A model generated the notes under the pieces. The model made no database searches. It was not told the origin of the DNA and saw nothing but the letters and a program-made list of their open reading frames with translations. Source: a virus (lineage: Duplodnaviria; Caudoviricetes). From it: DNA of 25,574 nucleotides. A program made the position numbers and the translations under genes. The stretch lies in the IMG/VR virus record IMGVR_UViG_3300024279_000013, positions 1-25,574 of that record, one strand, 5' to 3'. Shown here one piece after another: positions 1-7,771 of the stretch. The stretch's first letter is position 1; the number at the start of each line of letters is the position of its first letter.

Positions 1-1143
1 AAAGGCAAACAGATTTCCATTGTTTTTTGTGATGAAATAATACTGGTTATTTATGAATGCAACCTGCGCTGCAATAAAATAATTGAGATCCTGGTCAATT
101 GCCTGATAAATCTTCTGTGTATTGAAATCATAATAAAATGACAGGTTGTCAGTATAAAAATTTATATGATAAAAAAGATGGCCATCCTGTCTGTACAAAA
201 ATCCCTGTGCATCTTCCGGTTTCTGCAACTGGCTGAAAAGATAATCTATGCCATCCGTCGTGATCTTTTCAGGCATTCCACCCGTTGAATACATGATAAT
301 CGGCCCTGACTTTTCATTTGCTGCAAGCCAGACTACAATTTCATCCATGTAGGCAACAGTTGCGGGATTGAGACATCCATAATCAATGTTATACTGGTTC
401 TGTCTCTGGTATGGAAATAATTGTGCGCCTGTATCAAACCATGATTCTGTTACAGTTTCACCCATCACAAATATCATGTTGCCGCGCGATGGGAATCTTA
501 CAACCGCCTGAATATTATCTGGTTTTGTCTGCAAGGTGCCAACATTCTGGGAAGCATTTGGCCACACTGAGCCATCATTCTGTGCAGATAATCTCCATGT
601 ATTTGTATTGCCTGCACTATCAAACTTTGCAGCAGCAATAAAATAGGTATCATGAAAAGTAATATATCCAGGAACAAAATCAATTGTAACAACACGAAAT
701 GTTGGGGAAAATGTAGGATCATAAAGATATAGTGAAGCTCCATCAGAAATAAGTATTTGCGGCTTGTTGTTTTCAGATATGTAGACAACGCCAACACTGG
801 TCTGCAATTGTCCTATAAAAAAAACACTATAGACAAACTGCTGCATTGGTGGCTGGTTATATGTTATATCAACAAGATAAACATTATTGTCTATTACAAC
901 AACAAGCTTGTTCAGCTTTGTGCTTGTAAAAACACCGCGTCCAACCTTGTTGCCAAGTATTGATTGTGGAATGAATGATGCTGATGGAACAGCAATTGCA
1001 TAACCTGCATAGGGAACAAGAAAATTGTCTGATATAAACATGTTGAAAGTGTGTTCAGAATCAATTTTTGGGTAGCGGCCAAAAATCGAACTGCCCACCA
1101 AGTTCAAGGGAAATGATTGAAAATTTTTATCCCTTGTTATCAT
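1..1143 (-). CDS. P22 gp10-like packaged-DNA stabilisation / tail hub protein (3' end truncated by window edge)
   Basis: Not in the ORF track because it has no stop in the window. Manual translation from ATG at 1143 gives MITRDKNFQSFPLNLVGSSIFGRYPKID...VMGETVTESWFDTGAQLFPYQRQNQYNIDYGCLNPATVAYMDEIVVWLA...FLYRQDGHLFYHINF, open to position 1. The TExW..G..FP, YGC and Y.QDGH.FY motifs and the position after a gp4-like gene fit P22 gp10. Confidence 0.8.
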   Translation of the reverse strand, partial: MITRDKNFQSFPLNLVGSSIFGRYPKIDSEHTFNMFISDNFLVPYAGYAIAVPSASFIPQSILGNKVGRGVFTSTKLNKLVVVIDNNVYLVDITYNQPPMQQFVYSVFFIGQLQTSVGVVYISENNKPQILISDGASLYLYDPTFSPTFRVVTIDFVPGYITFHDTYFIAAAKFDSAGNTNTWRLSAQNDGSVWPNASQNVGTLQTKPDNIQAVVRFPSRGNMIFVMGETVTESWFDTGAQLFPYQRQNQYNIDYGCLNPATVAYMDEIVVWLAANEKSGPIIMYSTGGMPEKITTDGIDYLFSQLQKPEDAQGFLYRQDGHLFYHINFYTDNLSFYYDFNTQKIYQAIDQDLNYFIAAQVAFINNQYYFITKNNGNLFAF

Positions 1144-1843
1144 CGGAAAATTCCTTTTTCCATTTTGTAATATAATTTGAAGCTTTTATTAATTTTTCTT
1201 CATCATCATCGAATAATCCCAATCCTCTATTGCATTTATTGCATAAAAGATCACGAATTTTACCAGTTCTATGACAATGATCTATAGATAATGGACTAAT
1301 TGATTGATCTTTTCGAGTTATCCTTGTTTCTGGCTGTCCGCAAATCCCACATAATCCATTAGATTTTTCCAACAATTCTTTATAATGAGAAACGCTTATT
1401 TTTTTCTGTCTTGCAATTGATTCTTCTGCATATCTACTGCAATTTCTTAAATAATTATTTCTCTTAATTTTTTTTACTTTATCAGGATTTCTTTTTTCCC
1501 ATGATCTATTTCTTTCATATGCACATAATCTGCATCTGATATAATCATTTTCTCTGACTATCAATTGATGTCCTTCAACTAATCCATGCTTTTTACAATC
1601 AATAGATGTTCTACCTGGAATGTATCTATTATTTTTTCTTGATGGTTTATATTCATATCCATGAGATTTATATTCCTTCACTAATGTCTTATACTTTTCA
1701 TTTGCATTTTTTATTTTTTCTGGATATTTTTTTCTGTAATCTCTCGCATATTCTCTTGCACATTCCAAACATCTATCATTCGTTGTTACATCATTTTTCG
1801 TTAATTCACCATGCTTACTACATATCTTTACAATATCGCTCAT
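1127..1843 (-). CDS. Free-standing endonuclease VII-family (HNH-like) homing endonuclease
   Basis: C-terminal CGICG...LSIDHCHRTGKIRDLLCNKCNRGLGLFDD motif is typical of the endonuclease VII fold. The likely start is ATG 1843 (MSDIVK) after a GAGGTG RBS, not 1939 as in the track. AT-rich relative to neighbours. Confidence 0.85.
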   Translation of the reverse strand: MSDIVKICSKHGELTKNDVTTNDRCLECAREYARDYRKKYPEKIKNANEKYKTLVKEYKSHGYEYKPSRKNNRYIPGRTSIDCKKHGLVEGHQLIVRENDYIRCRLCAYERNRSWEKRNPDKVKKIKRNNYLRNCSRYAEESIARQKKISVSHYKELLEKSNGLCGICGQPETRITRKDQSISPLSIDHCHRTGKIRDLLCNKCNRGLGLFDDDEEKLIKASNYITKWKKEFSDDNKG

Positions 1844-1876
1844 AAACACCTCAGCTTGTGTTTGCAGCACAAAATC

Positions 1877-1933
1877 ATTCAAAACCAGGCGGGTGCTGAT
1901 TCCGCTTTTCGGTAGCGAACCTAGGTTTTGAAT
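1877..1933 (-). ncRNA. Structured 5' leader (branched stem-loop) of the endonuclease gene
   Basis: 10-bp inverted repeat ATTCAAAACC (1877-1886) / GGTTTTGAAT (1924-1933) encloses two small hairpins, GGT-TCGCT-ACC and GCGG-AATCAGCAC-CCGC on the minus strand. Confidence 0.45.
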
Positions 1934-1937
1934 TTGC

Positions 1938-1966
1938 ATTCTATTACATCCTTTATTTTAGATCAA
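1938..1966 (-). promoter_or_regulatory. Sigma70-type promoter for the endonuclease gene
   Basis: TTGATC-17 nt-TAGAAT on the minus strand; the predicted start near 1931 coincides with the start of the leader hairpin. Confidence 0.55.
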
Positions 1967-1992
1967 TTATAACTAAGTATATGATTAATATA

Positions 1993-2976
1993 CTATTCTG
2001 GCCTCCAGCCCATTCCTATATTCACATCACCCCAATTAATTCCTGTGACATCTGAAAGAATGCTCGTTCCTGTCCTGTGCAAATCCGGCGGACTGACATA
2101 CATCAGGGTTCGTTCAAGTGAACGCAGTATTTTTTCTGATTGTGGATTGAACATGATTCCATATTCGCTGCACATGTATTTTGCAAGATAATATCTCAGG
2201 TATTCTATATATGATGTATCATAGCCTGCATTGTTGCTTTGCAAAAAATTGAAACTTGATGTACTTGCCTGTGCAATTGCTCCTGTTCCGCCACCTCCTG
2301 TAATTACAACAGATGGAGTTGTATTGTAATTTACTCCAGGATTTACCAGATTTATTGAGGTCACAGAGCCATTCAAAACATTTGCAAATGCAGTTGCACC
2401 TGTTCCTGTTCCTGTAATTGTAACTGTTGGCTGTGAGGTAAATCCTGATCCACCATCAATTACAGTAATATTTGACACAAATCCTGAAGACAGTGCAGAA
2501 CCAAAATTAGTCATGTCTGTCTGCAATGCCACTTCATTCAAAAAAAGCTTGACCATCATTTTTAATGGATAATTGTCCTGCGGCAGAAAATAAAGCGAAA
2601 GTGTTCCGCCGTTTTCCCCGCGGTTGTAGTTCCAGTTGAAAGGAAGTGTTGTAATGTTGTCAACGCGTGAGGTGCCGAAATAGGTTCGCCGATTTGTATC
2701 CTGCATGGGATACCTGACTACACCTATATTGAATGTTGCTGATTCAACGGCGGCGACATTTGGAAGAAAATAATATTCCTGTCCGCCTACGAGCGGCATT
2801 TCTATATACGTCCAGTAGGGGATCAGGTCTGTTTCTATCTGCTTGAAATCGAGCATTGCATTCAGCAGAAACAGACCGTCCGTTATCTGGTCGCCTGTTG
2901 GTACCTGTAGGTTTCTTGCCACAATTCCCGACAGGTACCACGCCCGCGTAATAAGCGTCTGTGCAGTGTAGGCCAT
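1993..2976 (-). CDS. P22 gp4-like head-to-tail adaptor with an inserted Gly/Thr-rich beta domain
   Basis: N-terminus MAYTAQTLITRAWYLSGIV...QITDGLFLLNAML and C-terminal YIEYLRYYLAKYMCSEYG match gp4-like adaptors; lies between coat and gp10-like genes. Confidence 0.7.
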   Translation of the reverse strand: MAYTAQTLITRAWYLSGIVARNLQVPTGDQITDGLFLLNAMLDFKQIETDLIPYWTYIEMPLVGGQEYYFLPNVAAVESATFNIGVVRYPMQDTNRRTYFGTSRVDNITTLPFNWNYNRGENGGTLSLYFLPQDNYPLKMMVKLFLNEVALQTDMTNFGSALSSGFVSNITVIDGGSGFTSQPTVTITGTGTGATAFANVLNGSVTSINLVNPGVNYNTTPSVVITGGGGTGAIAQASTSSFNFLQSNNAGYDTSYIEYLRYYLAKYMCSEYGIMFNPQSEKILRSLERTLMYVSPPDLHRTGTSILSDVTGINWGDVNIGMGWRPE

Positions 2977-2994
2977 AAAATGACCTCCCCATCC

Positions 2995-3888
2995 TTAGGG
3001 CACGTAGCTGGCTGGCACGTAACAGTATCCTGATACAGAAATGCTTACCGAATCGCCAGATACTGATACCTTGTAATCAATCTCCGGCTTGCTGCTGTTA
3101 ACCCCTGCAACGACCTGTATGCATTGCGTCTGGGCTACACCTGCTGCAATACCCGTGATTGTTGGCAATCCTGCTGTCTGTGGCGTTCCTTCTGCTGTCG
3201 GCCTGAATTGCACGGTATCGCCAACTGCAAGAGGTATGAATGTCACCATCATGTCAACAATTACGTCCCTTGCCGTGGTTGTCGGGATTGGAGTTGACAG
3301 GTCAATTAGCGTAAATGAGGTGGCATTTCCGCCAGACAATACTGAAACGGCAGGAGAAAGGTAGTAGCACAGCAAATTGCGTGCATTGAGCGGATTGGTG
3401 GAAGATGCAACAAAATGTGCCGAACCATCCGTCTGGATAAACCCAATCAGCCGCCATGAATCATAACCCCGTGGCAATAACGGATAGGCATTGCTGGTAA
3501 GACTCAGCAATCCGGCAACCGGATTATATCCGCGTGAATCTGCAATTAAATATACGGCATAATCCATTGTTGCAATCAGAACCCCTGAATCAACACCATT
3601 TGCCCCGACAACAGCAGAATTTATAAACAGAGGCTGCCTGCAATTCTGAAACACAATGGGAGGATAAATTCCCTGTTGTGATACAAGCGGGGAACCAAAG
3701 GGATCACCCTGCAATCCAGGAAAACTGACCGGCATGTCAATATTGTCATTGGCATCCCGGGCCTGTCCTGGTGCAATAGCGAGAACCGTAGTTGATGCAA
3801 CAGAGATATTCAGGCCGGAAATATAAAGATGCGGCAGTGAATAAACCGGATCATTTTGAATCTGTGGTGAAAATGTTGAAGATGACAT
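2995..3888 (-). CDS. Putative virion structural protein (capsid decoration/accessory)
   Basis: 297 aa, beta-rich S/T/V/A/G composition, directly after coat with a good RBS (AGGAGAG); function inferred from position only. Confidence 0.55.
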   Translation of the reverse strand: MSSSTFSPQIQNDPVYSLPHLYISGLNISVASTTVLAIAPGQARDANDNIDMPVSFPGLQGDPFGSPLVSQQGIYPPIVFQNCRQPLFINSAVVGANGVDSGVLIATMDYAVYLIADSRGYNPVAGLLSLTSNAYPLLPRGYDSWRLIGFIQTDGSAHFVASSTNPLNARNLLCYYLSPAVSVLSGGNATSFTLIDLSTPIPTTTARDVIVDMMVTFIPLAVGDTVQFRPTAEGTPQTAGLPTITGIAAGVAQTQCIQVVAGVNSSKPEIDYKVSVSGDSVSISVSGYCYVPASYVP

Positions 3889-3899
3889 GTTCGCTCTCC

Positions 3900-5216
3900 T
3901 TAGCCCTGGCTCAGTGGGATCAAATAGCGCATGGAATATTCGGGTACGATTACAGATCCGTGTACCTCGTCATAAATCATGCCTGTCTGGTTTTGCCCGA
4001 ACAGCGAGCCGTAAGTCAGTCTCAGACTTGCATGGGTATCGGGGTCATATTCATTTGCCGTGTCAAACGGGCTTTGTTCCGGCAATTGCGGCATTGCAAT
4101 ATAGAACGCATCATCGCCAAGAATCCCCCCACAACGGTGTGACGGGAAGGTCAGCAACTGCATTCCTGCTGCAATCGGATTATTGAGGTTCTGGTTTGCA
4201 CCACCTGCCCAGTTGAGTGCTGGTGTAATGCTGATCGTTACAAGGCCACCTGCATTTGCACCGGCATTTGCGGTTGCCCTGAACTGAACCGGATTTGCAG
4301 AGACTGCATGGCCAATAAATGTCAGATAACGCATATTGGGCTGAAGTGTGACGCCATCCTTGAACTGGAACATGTCTCCTGCAAACACTGCACTGGCATC
4401 AGATGCTGTTGCACCTGATACAGTAATCTGGGTGACATTCTGTCCTGTCGGATCGTTCGTGCTTACAACTGTAAGAGTCTGTCCATTCACGCCCGTATTT
4501 CCGCTGACATGAATAGGCATAAGGTTGGACTGGTAGTACATGACACGCGGCGTACCGAAGTCCCCCACTTCCCATGACATTGCAATTTCATCGTTTCGGT
4601 TTGGAACAAACTGGTTAAGGCCATTTCCAACGATTGCAGGAATGATGGTATCTGGCAGGTAGATTTTCATGCCTTCAGCCACTGCGCCAAAGTTCTTGAA
4701 AAACATGACGCTTTGTGCAAGTTGCTGATATGAAGCAATTGCGGTACTGCCATCCCCGAAGAACCGGAATGGCCCAGAGAATGTATTGGTTGATCCATCA
4801 AGCTGGGATACAACTGCTGATGCCCAGTTTAATGCGAGATTGATTTCAACAAGGTTTGCAAGTTCGGCGATTGCTGATTTGCCGAATACACGCATGTAAT
4901 CCTCTTCACCTTTTTCAAGATTGAAGATTCTTTGCTGCGCGGTAACTGCAAAGCTGGTGTTGTTTGCCTGATCTGCGACAAGCTGCAATACACGCTGGAC
5001 GGCTGGTTCAAATGATGCAACCAGACCAGCAGCGGTAGTAAATCTTGGTGGCAGGTCAAAGGTGACCGTTGAACCAAGGTTTGCCTGAATCTTGTCAAAG
5101 TCCTTGAATTTGGTGTTTGCTGTGCTGATATGACAGCAAAGGTTAAGCAACAGTGCAAGTGATGAGCGCTGATAGGTTTGCACCTGTTGCAGGATATTAT
5201 TCGGGAATACTGCCAT
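3900..5216 (-). CDS. Major capsid (coat) protein, P22 gp5-like
   Basis: About 438 aa from ATG 5216 (MAVFPNNIL) after a GGAGG RBS. Follows scaffold; GSTVTFDLPPRF N-terminal motif and inserted beta domain (VFAGDMFQF..V) as in P22-like coats. Confidence 0.85.
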   Translation of the reverse strand: MAVFPNNILQQVQTYQRSSLALLLNLCCHISTANTKFKDFDKIQANLGSTVTFDLPPRFTTAAGLVASFEPAVQRVLQLVADQANNTSFAVTAQQRIFNLEKGEEDYMRVFGKSAIAELANLVEINLALNWASAVVSQLDGSTNTFSGPFRFFGDGSTAIASYQQLAQSVMFFKNFGAVAEGMKIYLPDTIIPAIVGNGLNQFVPNRNDEIAMSWEVGDFGTPRVMYYQSNLMPIHVSGNTGVNGQTLTVVSTNDPTGQNVTQITVSGATASDASAVFAGDMFQFKDGVTLQPNMRYLTFIGHAVSANPVQFRATANAGANAGGLVTISITPALNWAGGANQNLNNPIAAGMQLLTFPSHRCGGILGDDAFYIAMPQLPEQSPFDTANEYDPDTHASLRLTYGSLFGQNQTGMIYDEVHGSVIVPEYSMRYLIPLSQG

Positions 5217-5260
5217 CGTTATAGCCTCCAACCCTTGTTAACCGGCTGGATGTTGCGATG

Positions 5261-5989
5261 TCAGACCATGTACTTTTTCCTGTAGTCCTTCACCGACAGA
5301 ACACCCAGGTCATTACCGCTGGATGAGGGTCGGAGTTGTGAAAGTGGCTCATTTGGCATTCTTACCTTACCGGCTGCATCATTATCCTTTATTGACTGGG
5401 ACAACCGTTGCGCCTGCCTGATTGCAATGTCGGGGTAATCGCGTGCCATCCTTTCAAGATCGACGAGTTTCGCCGGATCCTTTGCCAGTGCGTACAGGAC
5501 ATCATGCGAATTGTCCATGTATTCGCCAAGAAGTTGCACGACCAGCGGGAACCTTCCATAGTTCTGCGGATCACCCACCACTGAATCAAAGTCAGAATAC
5601 TTTTCACGTCCTGGTGATATTTTCTGGAGAAAGCCCTGAACAATCCTTTGTGCGTTCTCATTTTCGATGCGGGACTGTTCGTCCTTTATCCACTGATCAC
5701 GCAATCTCTGTGCTTCCTCGCCAGCCATCCGCCTGATGTCGTCTTCCTGCAAGGATGCCTGGGAAACTTCTCCCCCATGCTTATGGCTTGCATACGCAGG
5801 CTGCTCAGACTGCAATCGCTTGTAGTCCTCGACAGCGCCATACTTTGCACGCTTGACGATATCGTTAACTTCTGACTGCCTGAAAATCCTTTCCTCTGGC
5901 TTTGCAGCAGGCGCTTCTTGCGCCGGTTGCGATACCGGAGTCAATGCAGGTGCTTCCTGCACCTGTCCCATTCCGCTTGAGTCTTCCAT
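5261..5989 (-). CDS. Scaffolding protein (P22 gp8-like)
   Basis: Low-complexity acidic N-terminus, helical middle, PNEPLSQLRPS and basic C-terminal helix (SVKDYRKKY); immediately upstream of coat. Confidence 0.75.
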   Translation of the reverse strand: MEDSSGMGQVQEAPALTPVSQPAQEAPAAKPEERIFRQSEVNDIVKRAKYGAVEDYKRLQSEQPAYASHKHGGEVSQASLQEDDIRRMAGEEAQRLRDQWIKDEQSRIENENAQRIVQGFLQKISPGREKYSDFDSVVGDPQNYGRFPLVVQLLGEYMDNSHDVLYALAKDPAKLVDLERMARDYPDIAIRQAQRLSQSIKDNDAAGKVRMPNEPLSQLRPSSSGNDLGVLSVKDYRKKYMV

Positions 5990-5999
5990 CTTCCTTCCC

Positions 6000-6134
6000 T
6001 GGCTATTGACGCCGCCACGCTGTCACCCTGCTATCAGTCACAGGTCTACTGGCTATTACGCCGCCACGCTGATGCCTCGGCTATCGTGCGAGTCCCGATG
6101 GATTTCTCCATATGCAGATTGTGATCCCCGCTAT
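6000..6134 (-). promoter_or_regulatory. Repeated structured leader upstream of scaffold gene
   Basis: Direct repeat GGCTATT(G)ACGCCGCCACGCTG at 6001-6022 and 6051-6071; GCTAT occurs at 6002, 6030, 6052, 6080 and 6130. Confidence 0.5.
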
Positions 6135-6219
6135 TTGATGATGCAAAAATAATGCTGGTGTTTTATCTGTTTTTATGCTCAAGTAATAAAATTGATACGT
6201 TATAAAAGGATTTGTAACG

Positions 6220-6414
6220 ATGATCACTATACTTGGAAAGGTCTACATGACCGACAAGGAAGCATCGCAGCGTTACGGTTATTCAAAAAGCTGGTTTCAG
6301 CGCCAGAGACATGACAGGAAGGAACCGCATTACGCGAAAATGAATGGAAAGATATTATATGAGCTGGAATCAACTGACAGGTATTTTGAGAATTTGTTAC
6401 AGGTTATTTACTGA
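6220..6414 (+). CDS. Small HTH DNA-binding protein (excisionase/AlpA/HTH_17-like)
   Basis: 64 aa with YMTDKEASQRYGYSKSWF...PHYAKMNGKILY, the typical winged-HTH excisionase-like pattern; AAGGA RBS. Confidence 0.75.
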   Translation: MITILGKVYMTDKEASQRYGYSKSWFQRQRHDRKEPHYAKMNGKILYELESTDRYFENLLQVIY

Positions 6415-6418
6415 TTAT

Positions 6419-6884
6419 TGTCATGTCAGGCTGGGTGTTCTGAAGAGACGCAAGGTTTTGCAATGCAAGGATAATAAATACCGTAATGTCCCGTATTGTG
6501 CAGTCTGGTCGTGTTTGGCAAGGAAAGGAAAAGTAAGGCAAGGAATTTTTGTGTTGGGACGCGATGTTTTGTCATGTGATGAGTTGCCGGGCAAGGAATT
6601 TTTACGCTGTGTAGCTGAGCTATGATATGTAGCGAATTGTGATGCAAGGTTCTCTGAAGCAAGGATTATTTAATTCTGTAGTGTCGGGTAATGAGCAGTG
6701 TTGTAATGTTTTGTTTTGTGATCCAACCCAAGGCAAGGATTTTTATTATAGTTCTTTCGGGTATTGCAGCGTTCTGTGTTGCAAGTTTCTGTGAAGTTTT
6801 GTGAGGATTTTTTATATCGGTCAATGTGAAGTTATGTTTAGTATTGCCCTGTATCGCATACTATTGAAAACCAAGGTAAGGATA
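6419..6884 (+). repeat. Upstream array of 7 pentamer-periodic putative guide-RNA units (NGY-NN)n-CAAGGA
   Basis: Units at 6419-6473, 6482-6546, 6550-6599, 6608-6667, 6677-6741, 6750-6809 and 6825-6884. Example unit 2: cgtaa tgtcc cgtat tgtgc agtct ggtcg tgttt ggcaa ggaaa ggaaa agtaa ggcaa ggaat. Units are separated by short A/T-rich linkers. Confidence 0.85.
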
Positions 6885-6888
6885 GCCA

Positions 6889-7434
6889 ATGAAACTTGAA
6901 ATCGAAATTACAGGAGTTACCCCTTTATTAATGAATCGTTTTAACATAGATGAGCATCAAAGCAAGATAAAGGAAAAGAATCTGACACCCCGTGAAACGG
7001 CGCAACGTGTTTGTTATGAGGATGAAAAGGGAAAGTTATATTATCCAACAATGAATATTTTTGCTTGTATCATCGAAGGTGGAAAATTCCACAAGGACGG
7101 AAAATCAAAAATCACGACCGCACGAAGCTCTCTTATTCCCGCAGGATTAATGATTGAGGATCAGCAGGTTTATTTTGATGAACCTTGTTCATGGGAGGTT
7201 GATTCACGGGCTGTAGTTGTTCCTTCTACTGGTGGGAGAATTATTTGTCATCGACCACGCCTCGATAACTGGAAACTTAGATTTACACTGATACTTGATA
7301 CAAAAATGTTTTCACCAAAATTAGTGAGAACCATTGTTGATGATGCTGGGAGCAAGGTTGGACTTGGAGATTTCAGGCCATCACGAAAAGGGATATTTGG
7401 ACGGTTCGTTGTGACGAACTGGAAAGAGATTTGA
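6889..7434 (+). CDS. Solo Cas7/RAMP-like RNA-binding protein (Vipr-like)
   Basis: 181 aa with N-terminal beta strand LEIEITGVTPLLM, YYP..NIFACI helix, thumb region WEVDSRAVVVPSTGGRIICHRP, W.LRFTL strand and C-terminal Gly-rich loop AGSKVGLGDFRPSRKGIFGRFVV; this is the motif order of RAMP/Cas7-group proteins. Confidence 0.75.
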   Translation: MKLEIEITGVTPLLMNRFNIDEHQSKIKEKNLTPRETAQRVCYEDEKGKLYYPTMNIFACIIEGGKFHKDGKSKITTARSSLIPAGLMIEDQQVYFDEPCSWEVDSRAVVVPSTGGRIICHRPRLDNWKLRFTLILDTKMFSPKLVRTIVDDAGSKVGLGDFRPSRKGIFGRFVVTNWKEI

Positions 7435-7437
7435 TGC

Positions 7438-7751
7438 TGTAACGTGATGTATAGATATGTGATGCGATGTTATGTCCTCCAAGGCAAGGATGATTAAAGA
7501 ATTATGTCTTGTAATGTGAAGTACAGTGAAGCGCAGTTCTGTTATCCAAGGCAAGGATGATGATTATTTCAGGTGGAGTGTCGTTAGGTTATGCGTTGAT
7601 ATGTTATGTATTCCATGGACTTTATAATTTTTTTACAAAGCTATGCATTGAATTGTTACGCGTCGAAATGTTTGCCACTGCAAGGATTATTTATGAATGT
7701 ATTTGTTGTTATGTTTTGAGATGTGGCGTCTGGTTTGGCAACGCAAGGATT
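7438..7751 (+). repeat. Downstream array of 5 pentamer-periodic putative guide-RNA units
   Basis: Units at 7438-7492, 7505-7559, 7572-7621, 7639-7688 and 7707-7751. Example unit 9: tgtct tgtaa tgtga agtac agtga agcgc agttc tgtta tccaa ggcaa ggatg. Confidence 0.85.
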
Positions 7752-7771
7752 ACATAAGGATATTGTTATAA

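Noticed and set aside
411-963. Short ORFs 411-641, 498-797 and 757-963
   Set aside because: Shadows of the long minus-strand gp10-like frame.
1127-1992. Group I intron or intein around the endonuclease
   Set aside because: The flanking genes have their own stop and start, and the non-coding sequence is too short for a ribozyme core.
6419-7751. Canonical CRISPR array
   Set aside because: No identical 23-47 bp repeats alternating with spacers; only a 6-11 nt terminal motif and internal 5-nt periodicity are shared.
7639-7751. Possible self-targets of array units (unit 12 versus the end of the HTH gene; unit 11 versus the 19974 promoter)
   Set aside because: Only 3-4 dinucleotides match in a gapped alignment, consistent with chance; a computational search is needed.
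6419-7751. Joining the three bases between GY dinucleotides gives stop-free peptides in 10 of 12 units
   Set aside because: The third base is T-biased, so stops are rare by chance over about 10 triplets; not evidence of codon-phase targeting.
6344-7757. ORFs 6344-6625, 6426-6662 and 7557-7757
   Set aside because: Cys/Val-rich by-products of the TGT pentamers; period-5 structure is not compatible with codon-level selection.
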